Positions 20,148 to 30,860 of a DNA stretch of 64,000 nucleotides are shown piece after piece. The notes beneath the pieces were generated by a model. It searched no databases and had not been told where the DNA came from. It was given only the letters and a program-made list of their open reading frames with translations. The translations under genes and the position numbers were made by a program. Source of the stretch: an uncultured Poribacteria bacterium (GTDB lineage Bacteria; Poribacteria; WGA-4E; WGA-3G); NCBI GenBank assembly GCA_951813565.1, contig OX638351.1:5024001-5088000 (forward strand), given 5' to 3'. The stretch's first letter is position 1. Each line of letters starts with the position of its first letter.

Positions 20148-20386
20148 AAATAGAATATTTCCATGACACTGGCACAGCACTCATTGAATTTTCAACCCAT
20201 CCTATTACCGAAACAAAAGAAATCAATGAAAACATATATATAGACCTGGATTCTAAGGGAAATCTTGTTGCAATCACAATTGAACATGCCAACTTACAGG
20301 CGAATTTACCTGAATTGTTTTATGAGCAGATAGGTGCACCGGAATCACAACCACTATTGCATGAAAAGGCAAAACCTCCCATATAA
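20144..20386 (+). CDS. DUF2283-family antitoxin-like protein
   Basis: MKIEYFHDT..LIEF...ENIYIDLDSKGNLVAITIE. Confidence 0.8.
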   Translation: MKIEYFHDTGTALIEFSTHPITETKEINENIYIDLDSKGNLVAITIEHANLQANLPELFYEQIGAPESQPLLHEKAKPPI

Positions 20387-20387
20387 T

Positions 20388-21887
20388 ATGACTAACAACC
20401 CTAATGTAATTCTCATATTCGCAGACGACCTTGGGCGTGGTATGCTAAGTTGTTATGGACAGCAACATTTTGAGACGCCCAATATCGACCGCCTTGCAAA
20501 CGAAGGAATGCGATTCAATCACGCCTACGGTTGTGCGTTCTGCGCACCCTCCCGCGCAAGCATGTTGACCGGGATCCACGATTGCCATCAAGACACATGG
20601 ACATATACCAAGGCTGGAATCTACAAAAGCATAAGTACTGGTCAAATGATGCCAAGTGAAATTTCGGAGTTGATTCATACCACCGGGTTACAGGCGGGTG
20701 CCGACGATGTTTTCTTAGCTGAAGTCGCAGAGGAAGCGGATTATGTGACGGGACAGATCGGGAAACTTGAATGGGGTTTTGCCACAACAGCAGAACGTAT
20801 TCGCCGCCACGGGTGGCAGTATCACTACGGTTATTATGACCACCAGCGTTGCCACGGATTTTATCCGCCTTTTCTCTTCGAAAATGGGGAATTGACGAAC
20901 ATTCAAGGCAATACCCATGCAGACTGCGCGAAGCACCCAAATACAGAATCCATTGAAAATATGGAGATTCGTAGGAATCGTCAAGGGAAAGCAGTGTATT
21001 CTCAGGACATTTTCAACGAAAAAATCATTGAATTCCTTCGCGCTCACAAGAATAAACCTTTCTTTCTCTATCACCCTTCTCAGCTGCCACACGGACCAAT
21101 TGCAATACCTGACATCCATCCATCAGTGAAAGAATCTTCGGAATTGACGACGTATGAGAAAGAATACGCTTCCATGATCCTAAAACTGGATGAAACCGTT
21201 GGGATCATTTTGGATGAACTCCAACGGCTTGGAATCGATGATCGTACGATGATTGTCTTTTGCTCTGATAACGGTCACGAAGTGTATTACCGGCAAGAAG
21301 GGCGGACTTCTGGTCGTCAAAGGGATTTGGATAGGAACCCCTTTGACGAGATCACAACGAAATTCTATTCGGAGACAGGCGGAGACGTATTCAACGGAAA
21401 CGACGGTATGGGAGGATTGAAGTTTTCAAGTTGGGAAGGCGGCACGCGAATCCCTTATCTTGTCCGTTTTCCCGGCACGATTACACCTGACCGCGTGTCA
21501 AATCACATGCTCGCTAACTACGATTTGATGCCGACCCTTGCCGATCTCATCGGCGTAGAATTGCCGCAAGCCAAAGACGGTGTGTCCTTCTTACCGACTT
21601 TGTTGGAACAGGATGATGCGCAACAGAACCATGACTGGATTGTATACGCCTCTCGACTTGGGCCCGCGTTAGTAACGTCTGATGGTTGGAAACTACGCTA
21701 TATCAACAAAATGGATAGTTTCCAACTATACCATCTCCCTCACGACTACCGCGAAGAAAACGACATTTCTGCAGAACATCCCGACATTGTTTCCCAACTC
21801 AGTGAATGGCTATTGAATGCTTGTGATGGCGATTACCATAATGGCACACCACAAGCACATTTCGCTGCATATCCTGACAACAACTGA
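20388..21887 (+). CDS. Sulfatase (arylsulfatase family)
   Basis: PNVILIFADDLG, CAPSR FGly motif, SDNG, WEGGTRIP. Confidence 0.92.
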   Translation: MTNNPNVILIFADDLGRGMLSCYGQQHFETPNIDRLANEGMRFNHAYGCAFCAPSRASMLTGIHDCHQDTWTYTKAGIYKSISTGQMMPSEISELIHTTGLQAGADDVFLAEVAEEADYVTGQIGKLEWGFATTAERIRRHGWQYHYGYYDHQRCHGFYPPFLFENGELTNIQGNTHADCAKHPNTESIENMEIRRNRQGKAVYSQDIFNEKIIEFLRAHKNKPFFLYHPSQLPHGPIAIPDIHPSVKESSELTTYEKEYASMILKLDETVGIILDELQRLGIDDRTMIVFCSDNGHEVYYRQEGRTSGRQRDLDRNPFDEITTKFYSETGGDVFNGNDGMGGLKFSSWEGGTRIPYLVRFPGTITPDRVSNHMLANYDLMPTLADLIGVELPQAKDGVSFLPTLLEQDDAQQNHDWIVYASRLGPALVTSDGWKLRYINKMDSFQLYHLPHDYREENDISAEHPDIVSQLSEWLLNACDGDYHNGTPQAHFAAYPDNN

Positions 21888-22009
21888 CTGCTATAAAATA
21901 CCACAATTGCTGACAGGGTCATGGAGTCAAATCAACCTACCTATAAGAAGCATTCAATTTCCAGTTTTGAGTACAGAAGTGTGAAACAACACCTCAAAAG
22001 CCGTTAAAA

Positions 22010-22420
22010 AGAGGCGCAATGAATCGCGCGACTACAAACGCACATGTTCACATGTTTTTAGGATGACGCTAATACAAACGGATTGCTGCTATAGTGAACT
22101 TTAGAATTAACAGGACATTTTGAGTTGTCCGAGGGAACTCCGGGGAATGCCAAAAGGCATTCATACCGTTGATTTGGATTCCCGACTATCAGTGAATTTC
22201 ATCGCGATTCGGAGATCGCTCCTACAGAAAATGTGCCTCTTTAATTTCAAGGTTCACCATAATTTATTTTGAACTAAAATCGGGCGGACAAGGTTTCCCT
22301 CCCACAAGAGGAAATCCAGCAATTTTTTCTTAAATTGACACTTATGGGTGGCGCTATTGCTGTACCCAACCTACAAGAACTTGTGGACGGAAACCCACTG
22401 CGTGCGCCTACTACCTTTAA
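22010..22420. repeat. Cluster of REP-like palindromes, a MITE-like element (TIRs ~22090 and ~22260) and an AATCAAC micro-unit (22142-22176)
   Basis: TATAGTGAACTTTAGAATTAA versus TTAATTTCAAGGTTCACCATA; motifs recur at 5576, 36061, 40870 and 40966-41010. Confidence 0.65.
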
Positions 22421-23475
22421 GTCAAATCCGTTAGTTGCGGCATCACTTCATTCTTTAGAAGTTCCATTGAATGCGTCCACTGCTCCTTAGGTTCCCATTC
22501 GTGTCCCATAGCAAGCAACACACCGAACCCACCGACATCTTCATAAAGTTGGCGCAAACGATTTGCAACATGATCAGGACTACCAACAATCCATAGTGTA
22601 TCTAATAAGTACTCCAAACACGTTTCTACGTCGGGAATGTCAGGATTCATCTTGAATTTTTCCCATCCAAAGAGCCTAAACCAATAATCCCGAAAATCGC
22701 GTCCGAGTGTGCCTTCAATAGCCTCTTTCCGCGCCTGCTCATCGGTATCCGCAACGTATACCTCGCGGGCGATGCGCCATGTAGATCGCGATGGGGAGAG
22801 TCCAGTTTTCGCAGCGCCCTCTTCAACAGCATCCCAATGCGTCTTTATTACGTGGACAGGCGCAAGATTGATACTCATCGGAATCCAGCCACGCTCACCA
22901 GCAAAAATAAGCGTGTCCGATTTAGTTGACGATCCTGCCAGTGCAATCGGGGGGTGCGGTTTCTGATACGGCTTCATGTGAATGCTAACGATGTCTGGAT
23001 GGCCTTCAGGTATCTTAAATTCCCAGAAATCGCTTTTATAATGACCCGGTTCAGGATCCGTCCAAATTTTGAGAACAGCATCAATTCCTTCCCGAGTTGC
23101 CTTCCGTCTGTCAGCAGATGCCATGAACATTTCCGCATCACTCGGTGTGGAACTTGACCCAATGCCCCAGTGAAAACGTCCGTGTGCAAGATGATCTAAC
23201 TGCGCAATGCGATGCGCGACAACTGCTGGGTTATGTATCGGCATACACGTTATCCCAGTGCCAAATATGATGTTTTCTGTCATCGCAAGTGCTTTTGCGA
23301 TAAAGAGGTCAGGAGACGGAATATTTTCCCATGTAAACGTAAAATGTTCACCAATATAAGCTTCTTTATAGCCTAATTTGTCTAATGTCACCACCTGTTC
23401 AAGATCGTCGTCTAATGTTTTCGTTGTGTTACTACCAGGCGGGTGCAAAGGCATTGTGAAAAATCCGAGTTCCAT
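22417..23475 (-). CDS. LLM-class (luciferase-like) flavin-dependent monooxygenase
   Basis: IGEH, HNPAVVAHRIAQLDHLAHGRF, KPYQKPHPPI, VGSPDHV. Confidence 0.9.
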   Translation of the reverse strand: MELGFFTMPLHPPGSNTTKTLDDDLEQVVTLDKLGYKEAYIGEHFTFTWENIPSPDLFIAKALAMTENIIFGTGITCMPIHNPAVVAHRIAQLDHLAHGRFHWGIGSSSTPSDAEMFMASADRRKATREGIDAVLKIWTDPEPGHYKSDFWEFKIPEGHPDIVSIHMKPYQKPHPPIALAGSSTKSDTLIFAGERGWIPMSINLAPVHVIKTHWDAVEEGAAKTGLSPSRSTWRIAREVYVADTDEQARKEAIEGTLGRDFRDYWFRLFGWEKFKMNPDIPDVETCLEYLLDTLWIVGSPDHVANRLRQLYEDVGGFGVLLAMGHEWEPKEQWTHSMELLKNEVMPQLTDLT

Positions 23476-23728
23476 AGATAAACTCCTTTGTATGTATAAA
23501 ACGAACGGAGTAAGTAAAAGATTCTTGTCTGTGCTTCTGTAAGTCGTGGACTATGTTTATTGAAACGCGTTCTGTTGTGTTGGATAAGGCAATTTGAGGA
23601 TATATTTCTGAACTTGACAAGATCAAAGGAATCTGTTATTGTTTTCACAAGTCTTAAAATTCTATCAAAACTTTACCATAAATCAACATATTTTTCAAGT
23701 GTTTTACGCGAAGGGGAGATTGCATATA

Positions 23729-24919
23729 ATGAATACAAAAAATTTTGTCTTGACTTCAGTTATCTTGTTGGCAGTTCTAAGTATATCTCTATTAGGATGT
23801 GAAAAAATTGATCAGATGATTCCAACCGACACCACACCTCCGATGGATACCACGTTAAAAATTGGCGTGATTCAACCGGCACATAGCTACACGACTTTTA
23901 GTCAGGGTGCTGAAACCGCTCGTGTCCAAATTAATAAAAATGGTGGTGTACTCGGCATGGAGGTAGAGTTTATCACCCGAAATAACCAGCTTGTAGCAGA
24001 TGAACCACCAACATCGGAAGCAAGCATCAGTGCAGCAAATGAACTGATTGAGATGGAAAACGTTTTTGCACTTCTCGGTCCCGTTCGCTCAACCATGGCT
24101 CTTGAGGTTGGCCCAATTGCGCAGCAGGCACAGCGACTCATGCTCCCCGGTTCAAGCGGTTCAAATGTACCAGAATCGGGAGATTATATTTTTCTCATCA
24201 CGGTGCCAAACCCTTTTCAAGGGAAAGTGATGGCAAGTTTCGCTATGAATCCTGACGAACTTGGGGCAAAAACTGCAGCGACAATCTATGAGGCGGACGA
24301 TAGTTATTCTGCTGATCTCGTCCAAGCATTTGAAGCATCTTTTAAGGACATCGGTGGTCAAATCGTTCACAGCGGTTCATATTCAGCTGGTGAGACTACT
24401 TTCACTACACTACTCACGGAAATTCAAGGCGCTACACCGGACGTCATTTTTTGCCCCAGTCATCAACCAGAAGTGCCACGTTTGATAAACGAAGCACAGC
24501 AAATCGGTATCAAAGCAACTTTTCTCGGCGGCAGCGCATGGGATGACAGAGAGCTATTCCTTGACATCTTAGAGGATAGCACTGTATTGGACGGCAGTTA
24601 TTATCCGACTAATTTCTCCGTAGCCACACAAGATACATCTGTTCAGGAATTTGTGAACGGATACATGACGTTGTACGATAGCCCACCTGATGGCGTTGCA
24701 GCGTCTGGCTACGATGCGATGCGGCTTTTGGCACGCGCTATAGAGAAGGCAGGTTCGCTTGATCCGGCTGCTGTTCGTAATGCCTTTGCAGAAGTCAAAG
24801 ATTACAAAGGTGCTACAACTATTTCGCATTACGATGCAAACCGCCATCCAGTCAAAAGCCTTGCAATTCAGGTAATTCGTGGTGGACAGGTTGAACACTA
24901 CAAAGTTGTAGCGCCATAA
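23729..24919 (+). CDS. ABC transporter substrate-binding lipoprotein, branched-chain amino acid (LivJ/PBP1) type
   Basis: Lipobox LLGC, INKNGGVLG, GYDAMRLLARAI. Confidence 0.85.
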   Translation: MNTKNFVLTSVILLAVLSISLLGCEKIDQMIPTDTTPPMDTTLKIGVIQPAHSYTTFSQGAETARVQINKNGGVLGMEVEFITRNNQLVADEPPTSEASISAANELIEMENVFALLGPVRSTMALEVGPIAQQAQRLMLPGSSGSNVPESGDYIFLITVPNPFQGKVMASFAMNPDELGAKTAATIYEADDSYSADLVQAFEASFKDIGGQIVHSGSYSAGETTFTTLLTEIQGATPDVIFCPSHQPEVPRLINEAQQIGIKATFLGGSAWDDRELFLDILEDSTVLDGSYYPTNFSVATQDTSVQEFVNGYMTLYDSPPDGVAASGYDAMRLLARAIEKAGSLDPAAVRNAFAEVKDYKGATTISHYDANRHPVKSLAIQVIRGGQVEHYKVVAP

Positions 24920-24940
24920 CATAGGTAGGATACTCGCCAG

Positions 24941-25975
24941 ATGACAAACCAAATCATTCAACTCGGAGTCGTCGGGTGCGGATGGGCAGGCTGCCAAGCT
25001 ATCCACGCCGCCAATGCTACATCTCGACTGAACGTCATCGCTATTGCAGAACGCGATCCAACCCGTCGTGAACAAGCAGGGGACGACTACGCAGTACCAC
25101 ATCGCTACGTTGACTATCGCGAACTCCTTGATGACTCCGCTGTTGATGCAGTTTATCTCGCTACTTCTCCAGATGGCAGACTCCAACAAGTCTTGGATAC
25201 GCTCGCCGCAGGCAAACATGTTTTAGTCCAAAAACCGCACGCAATCCGAGCACCTGAAATTTTAGAGATGGAAGCAGCAGCGCAACAGTCCGACAAAACG
25301 CTCCAATTCTGCTATTTTATGCATCACTTTCCGCACAACCGCCAAATTCGGAGCGCAATTCGGAATGGCGCAATTGGGGACCCATTTCATGCCCGCGTTT
25401 TTGGAAAATTCAACTTTATTCCAACCCTTGATGCCAACAGTAGATGGCTACATGTTTATGGACAGAAAGGTGGTTCATTAGGACAACACTATTCACACGA
25501 ACTCAATCTGACATGGTGGTGGATGGGATGTCCGAAACCGATATGGGCATTTGCATCAAAGCATGTGCTTTATCCACAGTACGATGGACCGGAGGGCGCA
25601 GCAGAAGACTATTTCACTGGTCTCCTCGGATGTGAAGGTGGCAAAACTATCCAGATTGACTGTTCACGGATGAGTCATTCAGACTCTGGCAGTGTTGTAG
25701 AACTTTACGGCACCACTGGCGCAATCACAAATGGCGGTATATCACGATTCAAAGATGGTGAATTTGTCCGAGAACCGATTGATGAACCTATTGAAATTGA
25801 TCACGGAGAACTGCCTGAAGATGTGCCTGTTTTCTACTACGAACTCAACCATTTCGCCATGGCTATTGCAGGCGAAGTCGCACCAGATGTTGATGCATCT
25901 AATGCTTATACCTTTATGCAAATATTGGATGCACTTTACGACAGTGCAAAGAGTGGTGAAAAGGTTTATATTTGA
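24941..25975 (+). CDS. Gfo/Idh/MocA-family oxidoreductase
   Basis: GVVGCGWAG Rossmann motif, GKHVLVQKP. Confidence 0.9.
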   Translation: MTNQIIQLGVVGCGWAGCQAIHAANATSRLNVIAIAERDPTRREQAGDDYAVPHRYVDYRELLDDSAVDAVYLATSPDGRLQQVLDTLAAGKHVLVQKPHAIRAPEILEMEAAAQQSDKTLQFCYFMHHFPHNRQIRSAIRNGAIGDPFHARVFGKFNFIPTLDANSRWLHVYGQKGGSLGQHYSHELNLTWWWMGCPKPIWAFASKHVLYPQYDGPEGAAEDYFTGLLGCEGGKTIQIDCSRMSHSDSGSVVELYGTTGAITNGGISRFKDGEFVREPIDEPIEIDHGELPEDVPVFYYELNHFAMAIAGEVAPDVDASNAYTFMQILDALYDSAKSGEKVYI

Positions 25976-26079
25976 CAAAAACACATCTTTCTGTTAATCT
26001 ATACCGAAATGATATATTCCTCATATACGAGAATACTTTATTTATAAAACTAATAGACACCTAAATGTGGAGACATTCC

Positions 26080-27120
26080 ATGTATAAAACTGCGATGTTA
26101 GGGTGTGGTGGTCGCGCCCGTGGGCACGTAGATGCTTATCGCTTCGTCAAACGTGGAAAACTCGCTGCACTCTGCGATATGGACGAAGAGCGACTCAACA
26201 GATTCGGAGATGACTTCGGTATATCTTCGTGTTACACCGACTTGGACGAAATGCTTGAAAAAGAGAAACCTGATGTCCTTCACATCGTCACAAGCCCTGT
26301 CATTCCGAGTAGTGAGGAACGTATTCGTTATCCGTTGATGAAACAGGTTTCAGACCATGGCGTGCCAGCGGCAATTGTTGAAAAACCGGTCGCTATTGAA
26401 GGCGAAGATTGGAAACAGATTGCCGGGTTAGCAGAAGAGACGAAAACGAAATTTGTCGTTAATACACAACTTAACTTCCACCCGAAAAATCTTGAGTTAA
26501 AACAAGATGTCGCAGAAGGACGTATCGGCGAGATCAGGTTTATTGATGCCAGTGTGCGTAGTAGACCTGCCGAGCAGGGAGCACATATGCTACAGTTAGT
26601 GTCCTCGTACATTGACAACTCACGTCCTGTGCGGATTCTTGGACAAATCGCTGGAAGCGAGAATTTGAATTCTGATACGCATCCCGCTCCGCAGCATGCA
26701 GTCGGGCATGTTTTGTATGAGAACGGGCTCCATGTCTCTCTTGCGTTTGGAACAGAGATGGCACAAATGGCATCCGATGATCCGGGTATCTATGGTCATA
26801 AACGTGTTTTTGTTGCTGGGACGAAGGGCTTTGTGCATTGGCGTTTCAGCAGTTGGGAACGCGCAACGTTAGAGGATGGCTATGAGGGAGGCCAGCTGAA
26901 CTATGGAGAGCAAGATGTCGTAGCGCAGGCTAACTTCACTGAAGCCATTTTTGATTGGTTAGACGATGAGAGCAATGTCCATCCGACGCATCTCAAACAA
27001 TCGCTGGCAGAGTTTAACCTCATCTTAGGGATGTACTACAGTGGGATAACAAACAAGATCATTGAACTGCCATTTGTACCTCCCGATGGGTTAATGGACT
27101 CACTCCGGGAAAAGTTGTAA
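26080..27120 (+). CDS. Gfo/Idh/MocA oxidoreductase, tandem paralog 1 of 5
   Basis: LGCGGRA, IVEKP. Confidence 0.9.
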   Translation: MYKTAMLGCGGRARGHVDAYRFVKRGKLAALCDMDEERLNRFGDDFGISSCYTDLDEMLEKEKPDVLHIVTSPVIPSSEERIRYPLMKQVSDHGVPAAIVEKPVAIEGEDWKQIAGLAEETKTKFVVNTQLNFHPKNLELKQDVAEGRIGEIRFIDASVRSRPAEQGAHMLQLVSSYIDNSRPVRILGQIAGSENLNSDTHPAPQHAVGHVLYENGLHVSLAFGTEMAQMASDDPGIYGHKRVFVAGTKGFVHWRFSSWERATLEDGYEGGQLNYGEQDVVAQANFTEAIFDWLDDESNVHPTHLKQSLAEFNLILGMYYSGITNKIIELPFVPPDGLMDSLREKL

Positions 27121-27225
27121 TTTGATATGAATTAGTATTGTGGGTGAGGTCACTACGCCTTCACCCTATGCTATGTTCTGGTACGCTGCTGGCGTACCAT
27201 TGTTAACATTAGAGGAGATAGTTTT

Positions 27226-28263
27226 ATGTATAAAAGTGCGATGTTAGGGTGCGGTGGACGCGCCCGAGGCCATGCAAGTGCCTATCGCTTTGTTAAAGGT
27301 GGTAAACTCGCAGCAATCTGCGATATGAACGAAGAACGTCTCAACGACTTCGGCGATAATTTCGATATTTCTTCTCGCTATACAGATTTAGATGAGATGC
27401 TTGAGAAGGAAAAACCTGACCTGCTTCACATTGTTACGGCTCCTGTGCTACGCGGTTCTAATGAACGAATTCGGTATTCGCTAATGAAGCAAGCATCAGA
27501 CCAGGGCGTGCCAGCAGCGATTGTGGAAAAACCTATTGCTGTTGAAAGCGAAGATTGGAAACAGATTGCAGGGTTAGCAGAAGAAACAAAAACAAAGTTT
27601 GTTGTCAATACACAACTTAACTTCCATCCGAAAAACCTTGAACTAAAGCGAGATGTCGCAGACGGTAAAATAGGTGAGCTAAAGTTCATTGATGCAAGCG
27701 CGCGCAGCACACCAGTAGATCAAGGTCCACACGTACTTCAGTTGGTATCATCCTACATTGATAATTCCAGACCTGTGAGTGTGCTTGGGCAAATCTCAGG
27801 AAGAGAACATCTGGATTCAGCGCAACCTTCACCGATGCATGCTGCAGCACAGGTTATATATGAAAATGGACTTCATGTTTCACTCGCTTTTGGGCAGGGC
27901 ATGGGGACGATGGCATCCGATAATCAAGGTATTTATTGCCACAAGCGTGTCTTTGTTGTTGGAACAGAAGGGTTCGTGCATTGGCGGTTTAGTAGTTGGG
28001 AACGCGCAACGCAAAAAGGTGGCTACGAAGGTGGTCCACTCAACTATGGAGAACAGGATGTTGAAGCACAAGGCAACCTGACAGAGGCTGTATTTGATTG
28101 GCTTGACGATGAAAACAAAGAACATCCGACACATCTCAAACAATCCCTTGCTGAGTTCAATCTCCTTTTAGGCATGTACCATAGTGGTACAACGAATCAA
28201 ATTATCGATCTTCCGTTTGATCCACCAGATGGGTTAATGGATACACTTAGAGAACGGTTATAA
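27226..28263 (+). CDS. Gfo/Idh/MocA oxidoreductase, tandem paralog 2 of 5
   Basis: LGCGGRA, IVEKP, GAGGAG RBS. Confidence 0.9.
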   Translation: MYKSAMLGCGGRARGHASAYRFVKGGKLAAICDMNEERLNDFGDNFDISSRYTDLDEMLEKEKPDLLHIVTAPVLRGSNERIRYSLMKQASDQGVPAAIVEKPIAVESEDWKQIAGLAEETKTKFVVNTQLNFHPKNLELKRDVADGKIGELKFIDASARSTPVDQGPHVLQLVSSYIDNSRPVSVLGQISGREHLDSAQPSPMHAAAQVIYENGLHVSLAFGQGMGTMASDNQGIYCHKRVFVVGTEGFVHWRFSSWERATQKGGYEGGPLNYGEQDVEAQGNLTEAVFDWLDDENKEHPTHLKQSLAEFNLLLGMYHSGTTNQIIDLPFDPPDGLMDTLRERL

Positions 28264-28396
28264 ATCAACTAAAGATTTTCCTTATGTAAAGATTAGCGGT
28301 AGCAGCGAATATCTTTGCCACTATCGCTAATTATTATATACCGTGTGTAGAATATTTATGTTTGCACAGTTCAAAAACGTATAAGGAGCAATTTCC

Positions 28397-29434
28397 ATGT
28401 ATAAAAGTGCATTTTTAGGATGTGGTGGGCGTGCCCGTGCACATGCCAGCGCATACCGTTTTGTTAAAGGCGGCAAAATTGGCGCAATATGTGATATGAA
28501 TGAGGAACTCCTCAATAAGTTCGGTGATGACTTTGATGTTTCTTCCCGCTACACAGATTTAGATGAGATGCTTGAAAAAGAGAAACCTGATCTTCTCCAC
28601 ATCGTCACCGCGCCAGTATTACGCGGTACCAATCAGCGCATCCGATATCCGTTGATGAAGCAGGCCTCTGACCATGGCGTGCCAGCAGCGATTGTAGAAA
28701 AACCGATTGCTGTTGAAAGTGAAGACTGGAAACAGATCGCTGGGTTAGCAGAAGAGACGAAAACAAAGTTTATTGTCAACACACAACTAAACTTTCACCC
28801 CAAAAACCTTGAACTGAAGCGGGATGTGGCTGAGGGTAAAATCGGTGAGATCAAGTTTATTGATGCCAGTGCACGCAGTACACCTGTTGACCAAGCACCG
28901 CATGTATTGCAGTTGGTATCGTCATATATCGATAACTCGCGTCCGGTCAAAGTGTTAGGTCAAATTGCAGGTAGAGAACAGTTAGACTCAGCGCAGCCCT
29001 CTCCGATGCATGCTGCCGGACAGGCAATATATGAAAATGGTCTACACGTTTCACTTGCGTTTGGCACAGGCATGGGGACGTTGGCGTCTGAGAGTGGAGG
29101 CACAGTAACACATAAACGTGTTTTTGTAGTGGGAACAAAAGGTTTTGTGCATTGGCGGTTCAGTAGCTGGGAACGGTCTACACATGAAGGTGGTTACGAG
29201 GGAGGCCCACTCAATTATGGCGAGCAAGATACCCAAGCACAGGGCAACCTTACAGAAGCAGCTTTTGATTGGCTTGACGATGAGAACAAAGAACATCCGA
29301 CACATCTCAAGCAATCCCTTGCAGAATTTAATCTGCTGTTAGGTATTTACTATAGCGGGATAACAAATCAGATTATTGATCTTCCGTTTGACCCACCAGA
29401 TGGGCTAATGAATTCTCTGAAGGACCATCTGTAA
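28397..29434 (+). CDS. Gfo/Idh/MocA oxidoreductase, tandem paralog 3 of 5
   Basis: LGCGGRA, IVEKP, AAGGAG RBS. Confidence 0.9.
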   Translation: MYKSAFLGCGGRARAHASAYRFVKGGKIGAICDMNEELLNKFGDDFDVSSRYTDLDEMLEKEKPDLLHIVTAPVLRGTNQRIRYPLMKQASDHGVPAAIVEKPIAVESEDWKQIAGLAEETKTKFIVNTQLNFHPKNLELKRDVAEGKIGEIKFIDASARSTPVDQAPHVLQLVSSYIDNSRPVKVLGQIAGREQLDSAQPSPMHAAGQAIYENGLHVSLAFGTGMGTLASESGGTVTHKRVFVVGTKGFVHWRFSSWERSTHEGGYEGGPLNYGEQDTQAQGNLTEAAFDWLDDENKEHPTHLKQSLAEFNLLLGIYYSGITNQIIDLPFDPPDGLMNSLKDHL

Positions 29435-29604
29435 ACTAATAAAATAGCGTGGAGGTAGATAAGTCTCTGCCTCCAGAGCTGCCCACACGGGTATGTATGT
29501 TTTCATTAACTAAAGTTCCCTCTTGTAGGAGGGGTTTCTAACCCCGATTTATTATGTGCCATAAGTTCATATCCTACCTGTGTCAAAATTAAAGGAGACA
29601 TTCT

Positions 29605-30642
29605 ATGTATAAAACAGCGATGTTAGGGTGCGGTGGTCGTGCCCGTGCACATGCTGACGCGTATCGCTTTGTTAAAGGTGGCAAACTCGCAGCAATCTGC
29701 GATATGAATGAGGAATTGCTTACCAACTTCGGCAATGATTTCGGTATCTCTTCCCGCTACACAGATTTAGATGAGATGCTTGAAAAAGAGAAACCCGATG
29801 TCCTTCATATCGTCACAGCACCTGTTTTACGCGGGACCAGGGAACGGATTCGGTACCCGTTGATGAAGCAAGCATCAGATCACGGTGTACCAGCAGCGAT
29901 TGTGGAAAAACCGATTGCTGTTGAAAGCGAAGACTGGAAGCAGCTTGCTGGATTAGCAGAAGAGACTAAAACGAAGTTTGTCGTTAACACACAACTGAAT
30001 TTTCATCCCAAAAACTTAGAATTAAAACGAGATGTCGCAGAGGGCAAAATTGGTGAGATAAAGTTTATTGATGCAAGCGCACGCAGCACGCCTGTTGACC
30101 AGGCGCCTCACGTGTTGCAACTTGTCTCTTCCTACATAGATAACTCGCGTCCAGTGCGGGTGCTCGGACAGGTTTCTGGGGCTCAGGATTTGGACTCCAC
30201 TCAGCCCTCCCCTATGCATGCTGCCGCTCAGGCTGTATATGAAAATGGCCTTCACGTCTCTCTTGCGTTCGGGGCAAGTGTAGGGACGCGAGTGCCTATA
30301 GATTCGGGTAATCACACCCACAAACGTGTCTTTGTCGTAGGCACAAAAGGTTTCGTGCATTGGCGGTTCAGCAGCTGGGAACGCGCAACACCAGAAGGTG
30401 GTTACGAAAGCGGTCCACTTGACTATGGAGAGCAAGACGTCGTCGCGCAGGGTAATCTTACCAATGCTGTTTTCGATTGGCTTGACGATGAGAACAATGT
30501 GCATCCGACGCATCTTAAACAATCCCTTGCGGAATTCAATCTCCTCCTCGGTATATACTACAGCGGCGTAACGAATCAGATTATTGACCTCCCGTTTGAA
30601 CCGCCCGATGGCTTGATTGATATCTTGCGAAAAAAACTATAA
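29605..30642 (+). CDS. Gfo/Idh/MocA oxidoreductase, tandem paralog 4 of 5
   Basis: LGCGGRA, IVEKP, AAGGAG RBS. Confidence 0.9.
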   Translation: MYKTAMLGCGGRARAHADAYRFVKGGKLAAICDMNEELLTNFGNDFGISSRYTDLDEMLEKEKPDVLHIVTAPVLRGTRERIRYPLMKQASDHGVPAAIVEKPIAVESEDWKQLAGLAEETKTKFVVNTQLNFHPKNLELKRDVAEGKIGEIKFIDASARSTPVDQAPHVLQLVSSYIDNSRPVRVLGQVSGAQDLDSTQPSPMHAAAQAVYENGLHVSLAFGASVGTRVPIDSGNHTHKRVFVVGTKGFVHWRFSSWERATPEGGYESGPLDYGEQDVVAQGNLTNAVFDWLDDENNVHPTHLKQSLAEFNLLLGIYYSGVTNQIIDLPFEPPDGLIDILRKKL

Positions 30643-30860
30643 AACGGTAACTTATACTATTTCTGAATGATCGTTTTCATTGACAAAAAACCCGTTCGTA
30701 GTCGTGCAATTCATTACGCCTCGGACATTCTTCACTTCAGTGTGAACTCAAAATCTTGTAATGAGATTTTATTCTTCAGAATAGGTGTTACATTGTGCTG
30801 TTAACACTACTTATACCACATTAACTTGATTCATATTTATGGAGCAGTTAGGAAAACGCA